This document shows positions 1 through 11,444 of a stretch of 33,678 nt of DNA, piece by piece. Position numbers and translations under genes: made by a program. This stretch comes from Octopus bimaculoides (taxonomy: Eukaryota), in contig NC_068991.1 of NCBI RefSeq assembly GCF_001194135.2, forward strand, positions 68,695,965 through 68,729,642. The letters run 5' to 3'. The notes under the pieces were generated by a model that did not search any database, had not been told where the DNA came from, and saw only the letters and a list, made by a program, of their open reading frames with translations. Position 1 is the stretch's first letter. Every line of letters starts with the position of its first letter.

Positions 1-63
1 CCACTTTTGTTTTTTTTTCTGCTTTGTTTTCGACCCCCTCGAAAAGAAAAACTCTACATTTGT

Positions 64-108
64 ATTTTGTCCCCTCTGTGTTGAGCCCTGTGTGGCTAAT
101 AAAGAAAC
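64..108 (+). mobile_element. SINE family A, 3' tail fragment (tail type 1)
   Basis: TGTCCCCTCTGTGTTGAGCCCTGTGTGGCTAATAAAGAAA matches the reverse complement of the tails of the minus-strand copies at 5122-5350 and 30541-30756. Confidence 0.6.
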
Positions 109-300
109 CTATCTATCTATCTATCTATCTATCTACTTACCTACCTACCTATCTATCTGTCTCAATGTCTATGCGGCCGACTGTCTGTCTGTCTGTCTAT
201 CTGTCTATCTGTCTGTCCGTCTGTCTGTCTGTCTGCCTGTCTGTCTGTCTGTATCTCTCTCCCTCTCTCTCTCTCTCTTTCTCTCTCTATCTATCTATCT
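109..300. repeat. Compound (TATC)n/(TGTC)n/(TC)n microsatellite
   Basis: Direct reading; explains ORFs 24..302 and 92..454. Confidence 0.95.
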
Positions 301-354
301 AAATGTTTATCTCTCTCTATCTGTTTCTTTTTTACCCAGGCAGGAAAAATGTCC

Positions 355-575
355 GAGCCATGTCTTGTCGATGCGCACGAAAATCTTAGCAGCATTTCGT
401 TCTCCTTACATTCTGAGGTCGACTTTGCTTTACATTATATCAAGACCGATATAATTACATCTCGATATGATTACATCATATCGAGATCTAGTAGTTTAGT
501 ACTGGGTCAATGTAATCGATTGGCCCCTGCCCTCAAAATTTCAGGCCTTGTGACAAAATTGAAACCAATACAATA
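355..575 (+). mobile_element. Degenerate SINE family A copy with internal palindromic insert (tail type 3)
   Basis: CTTAGCAGCATTTCG, TTCTGAGGTCGACTTTGC and CTGGGTCAATGTAATCGA...AAAATTTCAGGCCTTGTG align to the intact copy at 26707-26916; ends in ACAAAATTGAAACCAATA. Confidence 0.75.
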
Positions 576-700
576 TATTTAATCTAGGTGTGTTGTTCTG
601 AGCGCGACTTTTCAGCTGGGAAAATTACTGCTTTAGATAAATTTTCCTTACACCCAAATGTGTTGATCTATTCACATAAGAGTCCCAAAAAAGAGATTTT

Positions 701-855
701 TTAAAACGACTTACAGATCTTCACTGTTCCACTGATAGACTGGATTCCGAAAATCTGTGTCAGTTTCTTTTGTTCTTTCTCCGTGAGACCGAGTATTTCT
801 GGGTTTTTGTGCAAGTTTGTAGGTACATAAAATACTCCCCCTATGATGATAAACA
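701..855 (-). pseudogene. 3'-terminal ORF fragment of an RLE-type (R4/Dong-like) non-LTR retrotransposon
   Basis: Translates IIIGGVFYVPTNLHKNPEILGLTEKEQKKLTQIFGIQSISGTVKICKSF*. It is homologous to the fragment at 1745-1990 and resembles the C-terminus after the restriction-like endonuclease motif. Confidence 0.65.
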
Positions 856-1118
856 TACATGTATATATGTATGTCATTATTACCCCACCCACTTAGATCA
901 ATCCGGTATGGGACAAGAATTCTGGATTTTTATTCCTGTTTTTTAACTTATTTTTGAGAGCGGTCGGGTTCAGTTTTAGTATTCTCGTTTGTGAGAGCTG
1001 TCGAAATTATGTCAGATATTCTAATTTTAAAAATCCTCTGCGACTAATCGTTGAGAGGACTTTGGTGTTGCCTTGGCAGAGGTTTGCGCTCTCTGAGTGC
1101 TCTTGTTAAGTTTTATTT

Positions 1119-1549
1119 GAGTGGATGTGTGGTAAGTAGCTTGCTTACCAACCACATAGTTACGGGTTCACTCCCACTGCGTGGCACCTTGGGCAAGTCT
1201 CTTCTACTATAACCTCGGGCCGACCAAAGCTTTGTGAGTGGATTTCGTAGACGGAAACTGAAAGAAGTCCGCCGTATATATGTATATACGTATGTGTGTG
1301 TATATGTTTGTGTGTCTGTGTTTTCCCCACCAACATCGCTTGACAACCGATGCTGATGTGTTTATGTCCTTGTAACTTAGCAGTTCGGCAAAACAGACCG
1401 ATAGAATAAGTACTAGGCTTACAAAAGAATAAGTCCTGTGGTCGATTTTCTCGACTANNNNNNNNNNAAGTCCTGTGGTCGATTTTCTCGACTAAAGGTG
1501 TTGCTCCAGCATGGCCACAGTCAAATGACTGAAACAAGTAAAAGAATAA
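1119..1549 (+). mobile_element. SINE family C, near full length (tRNA head, CORE-like CCTTGGGCAAG block)
   Basis: A-box-like GTGGATGTGTGG, B-box-like GGTTCACTCCC, internal TA/TG microsatellite and 3' end CTCCAGCATGGCCACAGTCAAATGACTGAAAC; colinear with 15150-15553. Contains a 10-N gap. Confidence 0.9.
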
Positions 1550-1991
1550 CAGAGAAGGCACCGGTTTCTAACCTAGATCAAAGTCTCCTTAATTGGAATC
1601 TCAACATCAACAACAGATTATTTTTATATGTGTGTATGTATATGTGCAAATTTGTATGTTTTGTTTTATGTATATATTCTCATGCATATAGTTGCATATA
1701 TAGACATGCTCATATATATTTAAATGATAAACTTCTAGAAAGTCTTACAGATTTTTAGTTCCAGTCATTGATTGGATCTGTAGTCTTCGAATTAGCTTTC
1801 TCCTTTCTGGTTTTGAGAAGCCTAATTTCTCAAGATTGGTATTTAGGTAGCGTGCTACATATCCCAGGGCCTCAAGAACTACAAGTATAAACCTGAACAT
1901 GTAATCTGGATAGAATAACTGCAGATTTCCCAATAGTTCAGCATAGGTGTTCTCTTTTTCATTGATCTTCAGCTTTATGTTAACATCCGCT
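1550..1991 (-). mobile_element. 5'-truncated RLE-type (R4/Dong-like) LINE: C-terminal ORF piece plus 3' UTR
   Basis: Minus strand reads ADVNIKLKINEKENTYAELLGNLQLFYPDYMFRFILVVLEALGYVARYLNTNLEKLGFSKPERRKLIRRLQIQSMTGT, then a frameshift. The UTR block at 1550-1625 recurs at 27825-27931. Confidence 0.75.
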
Positions 1992-1992
1992 C

Positions 1993-2207
1993 TATGTATG
2001 TATGTATGTATGTATGTATGTATGTATGTATGTATGTTTGTGTGTGTGTATGTATGTATGTACGTACGTACGTATGTATGTATATGTATGTATGTATTAT
2101 GTATGTATGTGTATGCATGTAGGTATGCTTATACGCATATATATGTATATGTATGTATTTGTGTGTGTTTATATGAGTGTGAATGCGTGTGTGTGTGTGT
2201 CTATGTA

Positions 2208-2238
<31 letters not shown>

Positions 2239-2240
2239 GC
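1993..2240. repeat. (TATG)n/(TG)/(TA) microsatellite
   Basis: Direct reading. Confidence 0.95.
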
Positions 2241-2950
2241 ACATATACACGCATACATACAATGCATTGTATCAGNNNNNNNNNNNNNNNNNNNNNNNNN
2301 NNNNNNNNNNNNNNNNNNNNNNNNNNNNNNNNNNNNNNNNNNNNNNNNNNNNNNNNNNNNNNNNNNNNNNNNNNNNNNNNNNNNNNNNNNNNNNNNNNNN
2401 NNNNNNNNNNNNNNNNNNNNNNNNNNNNNNNNNNNNNNNNNNNNNNNNNNNNNNNNNNNNNNNNNNNNNNNNNNNNNNNNNNNNNNNNNNNNNNNNNNNN
2501 NNNNNNNNNNNNNNNNNNNNNNNNNNNNNNNNNNNNNNNNNNNNNNNNNNNNNNNNNNNNNNNNNNNNNNNNNNNNNNNNNNNNNNNNNNNNNNNNNNNN
2601 NNNNNNNNNNNNNNNNNNNNNNNNNNNNNNNNNNNNNNNNNNNNNNNNNNNNNNNNNNNNNNNNNNNNNNNNNNNNNNNNNNNNNNNNNNNNNNNNNNNN
2701 NNNNNNNNNNNNNNNNNNNNNNNNNNNNNNNNNNNNNNNNNNNNNNNNNNNNNNNNNNNNNNNNNNNNNNNNNNNNNNNNNNNNNNNNNNNNNNNNNNNN
2801 NNNNNNNNNNNNNNNNNNNNNNNNNNNNNNNNNNNNNNNNNNNNNNNNNNNNNNNNNNNNNNNNNNNNNNNNNNNNNNNNNNNNNNNNNNNNNNNNNNNN
2901 NNNNNNNNNNNNNNNNNNNNNNNNNNNNNNNNNNNNNNNNNNNNNNNNNN

Positions 2951-3048
2951 AAGAAGAAGAAGAAGAAGAAGAAGAAGAAGAAGAAGAAGAAGAAGAAGAA
3001 GAAGAAGAAGAAGAAGAAGAAGAAGAAGAAGAAGAAGAAGAAGAAGAA
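2951..3048. repeat. (AAG)n microsatellite abutting an assembly gap
   Basis: Direct reading. Confidence 0.97.
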
Positions 3049-3769
3049 AATGAGTTTAGATTAGTGTTGAATACGGAACGATAGGTTTCGTGACAACTTG
3101 GACAAATCAAGAATACAATATTTGAGGGTGAAGATAACAGTAAATGTATAAAAGTACATGAAAAGAAATAAAAATGTAATATATATATGTATATATATTT
3201 GTATGTATGTGTATATATACATATATAGATACACATATAGACGTATATATATCTACATATATATTTCAGTGTATGTACGTGCCTCTGTGTGTTAAATGCA
3301 TACACGCAAGCACGCACACACCTACACGCGTACAAACGTACACACACACATGCATGCACACAGACACACACACACTTACACATGATTGCATACACGCACA
3401 CACACATGCGTATACATTTAGAACACAAGAACAAACAAAACAGAGAATCAGGCGAGTAAATGCATTCTGTGAGCGTAGAATCAAAATGGCTGTTGATAGC
3501 TAAAGTATGGCGCAATCAATACCACTAAACGCATAAATCTCGTGAAGAGTGATGTTGCACGCCACTTGGGTAAGACAAGGTACGATTTAGTGTCGCCGAT
3601 AACACGCTAGTCAGTAATCCGTGTGGAATCACCAACAGATGATGTGGATTAAAGGTGAGTGGCGTTAGCGGGGGTGGCGGGGAAGGAACGGCTGGAGTGT
3701 AGTTGTGTATATTATAATTACATTTTGTACATTCAGAGAAAGAAAGTAAGATAGATTAGAATGACAGAT

Positions 3770-3801
3770 AGATTAGAATGACAGATAGATAGATGCATGG
3801 C

Positions 3802-3858
<57 letters not shown>

Positions 3859-3955
3859 TGATAGATAGATAGATAAAGAGAGAGACAGAGACAGAGACAA
3901 ACAGATAGATGGATAGAAAGATAGATAGATTGGTAGATAGGGAGTTAGATAGACA
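3770..3955. repeat. (GATA)n microsatellite
   Basis: Direct reading. Confidence 0.95.
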
Positions 3956-4894
3956 CTATACATGTTTGTATGTATACACGCACACACATACACGTATATA
4001 TGTATGTATATATATANNNNNNNNNNNNNNNNNNNNNNNNNNNNNNNNNNNNNNNNNNNNNNNNNNNNNNNNNNNNNNNNNNNNNNNNNNNNNNNNNNNN
4101 NNNNNNNNNNNNNNNNNNNNNNNNNNNNNNNNNNNNNNNNNNNNNNNNNNNNNNNNNNNNNNNNNNNNNNNNNNNNNNNNNNNNNNNNNNNNNNNNNNNN
4201 NNNNNNNNNNNNNNNNNNNNNNNNNNNNNNNNNNNNNNNNNNNNNNNNNNNNNNNNNNNNNNNNNNNNNNNNNNNNNNNNNNNNNNNNNNNNNNNNNNNN
4301 NNNNNNNNNNNNNNNNNNNNNNNNNNNNNNNNNNNNNNNNNNNNNNNNNNNNNNNNNNNNNNNNNNNNNNNNNNNNNNNNNNNNNNNNNNNNNNNNNNNN
4401 NNNNNNNNNNNNNNNNNNNNNNNNNNNNNNNNNNNNNNNNNNNNNNNNNNNNNNNNNNNNNNNNNNNNNNNNNNNNNNNNNNNNNNNNNNNNNNNNNNNN
4501 NNNNNNNNNNNNNNNNNNNNNNNNNNNNNNNNNNNNNNNNNNNNNNNNNNNNNNNNNNNNNNNNNNNNNNNNNNNNNNNNNNNNNNNNNNNNCATTTGCC
4601 CGCTTTCACCCTTGTGTTTAAGTGAAAATTCATGGTTTGGTCATTTTGACTGCTATATTTAGCATGCAGGTACTGCTTGTTAGTACGCTTAATTATTAAT
4701 TGATAATTTTTTTTTTTTTTTGCCTTTATGGGTCTTTTACGCATTCTAACCAACTGTCATTAATTATTATCATAAACAATAATACCCTCATATATATTAG
4801 AATAATTTTTATTCACTTCGATCACCTTTTTAAAATTTGCTGCGGCATTAAAAATTGCCATCGTACACATTGGTGAGATGAATAATCTCTATAA

Positions 4895-4969
4895 CTCTGG
4901 GATTGTTGAAGATGAACTAAGAGTTTTTTCTCAAAGTTCGAAATCACGGGGATATGAGTATCTCCCGGG
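4895..4969 (+). ncRNA. Hammerhead-ribozyme-like motif (C3U variant)
   Basis: TTGAAGA (4906-4912) + T + stem II GAACT-AA-GAG-T6-CTC-AA-AGTTC + GAAA + stem III ATC-acggg-GAT + A. Stem I is imperfect (TCTGGGA/TCCCGGG). Confidence 0.45.
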
Positions 4970-5121
4970 TTTTTTCAATTTCCGATTATTTTCGTCATTG
5001 GCACCGGAATTTGGGATTTTTCTTCATTTGCTCGCTTTCACCTTTGTGAAAATTTGTGGTTTGGCGATTTTTACTGCTATATTTAGCATGCCGGTACTAC
5101 CTCTTAGTACCCATAATTATT

Positions 5122-5350
5122 TATTTCTTTATTGCCCATAGGGGGCTAAACATAGAGGGGACAAACAAGGATAGATAAAGGTATCAAATCGATTACATCC
5201 CAGTGCGTAACTGGTACTTGTGTAATCGACCCCCGAAAGGATGAAAGACAGAATCGACCTCGGTGGAATTTGAACTCAGGATGTATCGGCAGACGAAATA
5301 CCGCTAAGCATTTTGCCCAGCGTACTAACGATTCTGCCAGCTCGCCGCCC
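5122..5350 (-). mobile_element. SINE family A, full length, tail type 1, 17-bp TSD
   Basis: Starts GGGCGGCGAGCTGGCAGAATCGTTAG on the minus strand, with B box GAGTTCAAATTCC. TSD TAGTACCC(A/T)TAATTATT at 5105-5121 and 5351-5367. Confidence 0.92.
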
Positions 5351-5452
5351 TAGTACCCTTAATTATTAATTGACAAATTGTTTTACCGTTATAGGTTTTT
5401 TACACATGCTAAGCCACTATTATTCTACACAATAATATCCTCATATATATTA

Positions 5453-5660
5453 TTTTATTCTTTTATTTGTTTCAGTAATTTGACTGCGGCCATGCTGGAG
5501 CACCGCCTTTAGTCGAGCAAATCGACCCCAGGACTTATTCTGTGTAAGCCTAGTACTTATTCTATCAGTCCCTCTTGCCGAAACGCTTGCTGACAGAGAC
5601 GTAAACACACCAGCATCGGTTGTCAAGCGATGTTGGGGGCACAAACACAGACACACATAT
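5453..5660 (-). mobile_element. SINE family C, 3' half, followed by an expanded TG-rich microsatellite to ~6000
   Basis: GTTTCAGTAATTTGACTGCGGCCATGCTGGAGCACCGCCTTTAGTCGAGC... matches 15170-15360. Confidence 0.9.
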
Positions 5661-6047
5661 GAGTGTGAGTGTATATGTGTGTGTGTTTTCGTGTATGCGT
5701 GTGTGTGTGAGGGTGTGTGTTTGTATGTGTGTGTGTCTTTGTGTATGCGCGTGAGACTGAGTGTGTGTATGCGTGTGTATGTGTGTGTTTGTTTGTGCAT
5801 GTATGTGTGCGTGCATGTGTGTTTGCGTATACTTGTGTGAGTGAGTGTATCTGCATGTGCGTGTGTGCGTGTCTGTGTATGCGTGTTTGAGTGAGTGTAC
5901 GTATATATGTGTTTGTATATATATATGTATGTGTTTGTGTATGCGTGTGTTAATGAGTGTGTGTGTGTTTGTGTGTGTATGTATGCATGTGTGTGTGCGT
6001 TATTTCCACCACAGCCAGACAATCGGTTTTGATTTGTTTTCTTTCTT

Positions 6048-6115
6048 GTAACCGAGCGGTTCGACATAAAGAACCGATACATTAAGAACTAGACTTTAAA
6101 AATAAGTCCTGGTAA
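6048..6115 (+). mobile_element. SINE family C internal fragment
   Basis: GCGGTTCGACATAAAGAACCGATA...AATAAGTCCTGG resembles 1381-1440. Confidence 0.55.
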
Positions 6116-6919
6116 GTCAACGTAACCACATTACAATGACGAAAGCAAGTAAAAAACTATAGATGTACATCGTTCTCCCGCCTGAGCTTGTGATAAAGAA
6201 AATAGAAGACATATCTTCTCCGTCTTGTGCACTAAATTTATGCAATGTCCGATTTCCTGAAAGAGGGCAACGCATAATCTAAGGGAGATTTCACTGCTGT
6301 TTCTAGCAAATTGAATGGTGCGTAGGTCCTCCCTTGTTATCACGTGATTCGGGTGTCTGTTTGCGGTGTTTGATAGTTTAATAACTTATCGGACGAGAAG
6401 TGACGACGAAGCGATGTTAAGTTGTTATTAACACCACAGTAAAATGATACTATGAGAAAGTAACAGAAGACTTAGGGATTAAGAAGACAATGTAAATAGC
6501 AGGGGTTCTGTCTCGGGAGCTTTGGTAAATATTTGCATATATACGCGGATCCTGTTCATAGATCTGTGTACGCATATCTTAATCTTTCCAAGAATTTGAA
6601 GAATTATAAAACTATCAGCCCTTTTTGGCCGATTTAAAAATTTGTTTGTTTCAGTAATATTTAAGTAAAAATGTGATTACTTTTTCATTGACTATTGCTG
6701 TTCGAGATTTTCTTGTTTAACTTACAGACTTCATTCCATAAACTAGTCTTCAGCCTGTATCTATCAACACTTATAGTAGAAGTTGCTCCAATCGTAACCA
6801 ACTTGCCTTTTCTGCAGACGTGGTGTATTTAAAGCTACACGTGTCCTCCTTTTGCATTTGAAGAAGTTATATTGTAACCTGACGAAGAATTTGCTATTAT
6901 TTCTAGTAGGTTAGTGACT

Positions 6920-7075
6920 ACGAATTGGAAAAGCTCCAGAATATCGGATGAAATGTCATGGGAGTAGACATTTTCGCTTTCTGTGTCTAAAGCTCAAATC
7001 ATGCTGAAGTCAGCTTCGGCCCCTAACATTTTGGGGTCAATAAATAAAGTAGCAAGTATTGAGTTCTACTCTTCT
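6920..7075 (+). mobile_element. Highly degenerate SINE family A
   Basis: CGGATGAAATG, CTCAAATCATGCTGAAGTC and TTTTGGGGTCAATAAATAAAGTAGC follow the family A motif order. Confidence 0.5.
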
Positions 7076-7192
7076 CTTCCTCCTCCTTTTTTTCTATTTT
7101 GGCGAGTATGAATTCCGTTGCACTGACTACTGAATATTCAGCATTCCGTATTTTGTGTACATTTGGAGTTTGGTTATTTCCATGTGTTTTCT

Positions 7193-7207
7193 TTATTATT
7201 ATTATTA

Positions 7208-7257
<50 letters not shown>

Positions 7258-7269
7258 ATAATAATAATA

Positions 7270-7311
<42 letters not shown>

Positions 7312-7323
7312 ATAATAATAATA

Positions 7324-7359
<36 letters not shown>
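7193..7359. repeat. (TTA)n microsatellite with two internal (AAT)5 inversions
   Basis: Direct reading; inverted runs near 7256-7270 and 7310-7324. Confidence 0.95.
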
Positions 7360-7360
<1 letters not shown>

Positions 7361-7871
7361 NNNNNNNNNNNNNNNNNNNNNNNNNNNNNNNNNNNNNNNN
7401 NNNNNNNNNNNNNNNNNNNNNNNNNNNNNNNNNNNNNNNNNNNNNNNNNNNNNNNNNNNNNNNNNNNNNNNNNNNNNNNNNNNNNNNNNNNNNNNNNNNN
7501 NNNNNNNNNNNNNNNNNNNNNNNNNNNNNNNNNNNNNNNNNNNNNNNNNNNNNNNNNNNNNNNNNNNNNNNNNNNNNNNNNNNNNNNNNNNNNNNNNNNN
7601 NNNNNNNNNNNNNNNNNNNNNNNNNNNNNNNNNNNNNNNNNNNNNNNNNNNNNNNNNNNNNNNNNNNNNNNNNNNNNNNNNNNNNNNNNNNNNNNNNNNN
7701 NNNNNNNNNNNNNNNNNNNNNNNGAAAGTTTTTCCATTTCTTTTAGGGAAACGTTGTCATCTGCTGGTATTGATACATCAATTAGAAAGCATTTCTTTTC
7801 TTCATGATCTTTGACAACTATATCTGGTCTATTGGCCTTAATTTCTTCTTCTTCTTCTTCTTCTTCTTCTT

Positions 7872-7941
<70 letters not shown>

Positions 7942-7950
7942 CAAGACATA

Positions 7951-8111
7951 AGGTGGCAGCCTGACAGAATCGTTAGCACGACGGGCGAAATGTTTTGCGG
8001 TATTTCGTCTGCCGCTACGTTCTGAGTTCAAATTCCGCCGAGGTCAAACATTGCCTTTTATCATTTCAGGGTCGATTGAATAAGTACCAGTTACGCACTG
8101 GAGTCGATGTA
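7951..8111 (+). mobile_element. SINE family A (3' tail missing), downstream of (TTC)n(TTA)n
   Basis: CAGAATCGTTAGCACG, TTCTGAGTTCAAATTCCGCCGAGGTC and AATAAGTACCAGTTACGCACTGGAGTCGATGTA. Confidence 0.9.
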
Positions 8112-8129
8112 GGAGAAAGATCACAACGT

Positions 8130-8710
8130 TGGGTGATGATGATTATCGTCAGCGTATGCTGACGATGGTGTTGGTAATGGTAACGATAGCGACGAGGACA
8201 ACGATGACGAAGATGACGAAGATGAGTGGCGACGATGCTGCTGATGGTGCTGCTGCTTGCTGATTGTATTCATGAGAATCAGGACGACGATGAGGATGGC
8301 GATGATGATGATGGTTATTATGGTGGAGGTGATGTATGATGATGATGATAATGATGGTGATGCTGATGATGGTGATGATGATGGCAATGTTGGCGATGAA
8401 GATGATGACGACGGCGACTACAACGCGGATGGTGATAACGATGATGATTATGATGATGGCGACGATGATGGTTATTATGGTGGTGTATCATGATGCTGCG
8501 GCTGCTGCTGCTGCTGATGATGATGATGATGGGAATGATACTCATCAACATAATCGTCATCATCATCATCATCATCATCCACATCATAATGGCGGTGGTG
8601 TCGGAAGTGCTGACGCCAAAGCCTTGCCGTTGACGGTGGTGGTAGCGGTGGCATGTTACTGACAGTGGTAGTGGTGGCGGTCTTGGCGGTGGTGGTCGTC
8701 ATCGTAACGG
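8130..8710. repeat. Degenerate mixed trinucleotide (GAT/GGT/GCT/CAT) low-complexity tract
   Basis: Direct reading; gives overlapping homopolymer ORFs in several frames. Confidence 0.85.
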
Positions 8711-9129
8711 TTAGGCGCCACTGGTGCCAGTGGTGGCGGCGTCACAGTCAATAGCTAAAACACTAAATACGTTACCATCGGATTTGATTATTTCGTCACA
8801 AATCTTCTTCCTTACTTCCCAATTAGATCTCAGAACATATTTTCTTCCGAAACGCCACAACATCTTTTCTTCTTTTACGTGTCTCTTGCGCAAAATACCT
8901 TTTTTTTTATTCTTTGTTTGATAATCGTGTTGTTGTTCTTGTTTTATCATCTTTCTTTTTGTTTTTTATTAATGTGCTTCTGTCATTTTGCTACTCTTGT
9001 TGTTGTTGTTATTGTTGATGATGATGATGATGGCGGTGATGTTCACATCGTTTTACTGCATATTTTTTTTATTCTTTGGTCTGTCTGGTATGCTTCACTT
9101 TTAGTTTCAGATGTTTTTTGCATTACTTT

Positions 9130-10065
9130 GCAGTTTCTTTCTTTCTTTTCTTCTTCTTTCTTTCTTCCTTTTCGTCTTTTTCTTTCTTTTTTCTTTTTCT
9201 TTCTTTCTTCTTTTTCGTCTTTTCCTTTCTTTCTTTCTTCTTTTTCTTTCTTTCTTCTTTTTCTTTCTTTCTTCTTTTTCTTTCTTTCTTCTTTTTCTTT
9301 CTTTCTTCTTTTTCGTCTTTTCCTTTCTTTCTTTCTTCTTTTTCTTTCTTTCTTTCTTCTTTTTCTTTATTTCTTTTTTCTTTTCTTTCTTTTTTTCTTT
9401 CTTTCTTTCTTTCTTTCTTTCTTTATTCTTTTGCTTCTTTTTCTTTCTTCTTTTCCTTCTTTTTCTTTCTTTTTCTTTCTTCTTTTCTTTCTACTTTTCT
9501 TTCTTTCCTTCTTTCTACTTTTTCTTTCTTTCTCTCTTTCTTTTTCACAAACTTCTTCTTCTTCTTCCTCTTCTTCTTCTTCTTGTTCTTCTTCTTCTTC
9601 GTTCTTCTTCTTTTTCTTCTTCTTCTTTCCTTCTTCTTCTTCTTCTTCTTCTTCTTCTTCTTCTTCTTTTTCTTCTTCTTTTTCTTCTTCTTCTTCTTCT
9701 TCTTCTTCTTCTTTTTCTTCTTCTTTTTCTTCTTCTTTTTCTTCTTCTTTTTCTTCTTTTCTTCTTCTTCTTCTTCTTCTTTTTCTTTTTCTTCTTCTTT
9801 CCTTCTTCTTCTTCTTTTTCTTTTTCTTCTTCTTCTTTCCTTCTTCTTCTTCTTCTTCTTCTTCTTCTTTCTACCTACACATCATGATGATGATGATGAT
9901 GATTGTCATCATCTTCGTCATCCTCATCACTTCCATCGTTTTCTTCTTTCTTCGTCTCTTCCTCCGTCTCCACTTCCTCCTCCACTTCCGTCTCCTATTC
10001 TTCCTCTTCTTTCTCCCCTCCTCCCCTCTCCTTCTTGTCCTTCTTCCATCCTCATCCTCCTCCTA
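9130..10065. repeat. Long polypyrimidine (TTTC/TTC/CTC)n tract
   Basis: Almost only T and C on the plus strand over 9130-9870, continuing as CAT/CTC-rich sequence. Confidence 0.95.
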
Positions 10066-10497
10066 CTCCTCGGGCGGTATATCCAGAACCTTGATCGCTA
10101 AAATCATGGAAGTTGGCAGATTTAATTTTTATTGATTAAGAACAGTTCGCTTGATAGTATGCCGACCCCGGTCCCGGCGTTCCTCTCCCCCATCCCCCAC
10201 ACACTGTACCTCTACTCCTCTTCATTAACGGTAAATCTGATTAGAGTGTTGGTGTTTGACTATTAAACCTAAGTAGTTAGAGCTAGCGTAACCAACTCGA
10301 ATGCATTGTAACATGGCGGCAAAACAAGACTCCCGACCTTGCTACCGCTCCACCTAAGCAAACATGGTTGCTGTCATTATCAGAAGGATTAATTCTGAAT
10401 GACAAAACACAAATGCTAACAAACGCACGCACTTGGACGAAAATGTATGCGTACACGGTCAACCATGCACCGATCCATAAAAGCATAGACGCATACA

Positions 10498-10635
<138 letters not shown>

Positions 10636-11444
10636 TATGACTAGAGATGTGCTTACACATGTTCATTGAAACAAATATAGAGTCTTAGAGTGATATTTCT
10701 ATTCTATCCCGAAGCATATTCACGTACATGGGCACATACGTGCTCAAGAAGTACTATGCACACACACACACACACACACACGCCCACACGCGCGCGCGCA
10801 CACACGCACACACATACATACACACGAACACACACAAACGCACAAACACTCGCAGGAACATATATATGCATGCATATACATTCATGCATACATATACACA
10901 TACACATAAACACACACACATATAAATATAAATACATGCATATATATNNNNNNNNNNNNNNNNNNNNNNNNNNNNNNNNNNNNNNNNNNNNNNNNNNNTA
11001 TATATATATATATATATATATGTATTGTTGACGTCATAAAAATTTATATGCTTCAAAGAAAGCATGTAGCCATTTATTGGAAATCTGGATCTCGAAGTTG
11101 CAAAGATATAAATACTACCGTTTCAATAATGGATTTTAAAAAAAAACCTTGGATGGAAAAAAAAGATCGACAGTTACTCGTGGGTATCGAACCCAAACTT
11201 CGGCTGGAAGAATAAAATTTCTAAAATGGACGGAGGAATTCGACGGATTGCTTTGGTAAAATAGTTGTATGCGTGTTATGTTTGCATATGTGAGTTCGAA
11301 TATTACAAGTGACTTTCGAATTCCCGATAATCCAAATGGGTTTTAACCCAATATTTAAATACTATTATTAATATCTTATTATTGGAAGCTTCAAAATCCA
11401 TTATCCTAAAAATACAATATTTCCTACACACTACACACACACAC

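Larger units (their letters stand above)
4593..5452. repeat. Diverged direct repeat, period ~432 bp (4593-4801 vs 5025-5452, second copy interrupted by a SINE)
   Basis: CATTTGCCCGCTTTCACC at 4593 vs CATTTGCTCGCTTTCACC at 5025; shared ACTGCTATATTTAGCATG and TAATTATTAATTGA blocks, and CCTCATATATATTA near both ends. Confidence 0.85.

Noticed and set aside
1431-1494. 27-bp direct repeat AAGTCCTGTGGTCGATTTTCTCGACTA flanking 10 Ns
   Set aside because: An exact duplication around a 10-N gap inside a SINE whose other copies have one unit; typical of unmerged overlapping contigs.
6879-6905. CTGACGA-A-GAAT hammerhead-like start
   Set aside because: No closing stem II or GAAA follows.
8121-8702. His/Asp/Ser/Met-rich ORFs resembling a low-complexity transcription factor exon
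   Set aside because: Degenerate trinucleotide repeat open on both strands, with no domain or splice support.
8879-10135. 418-aa Phe/Ser/Leu-rich ORF
   Set aside because: A polypyrimidine tract cannot contain stop codons, so the long ORF is compositional.
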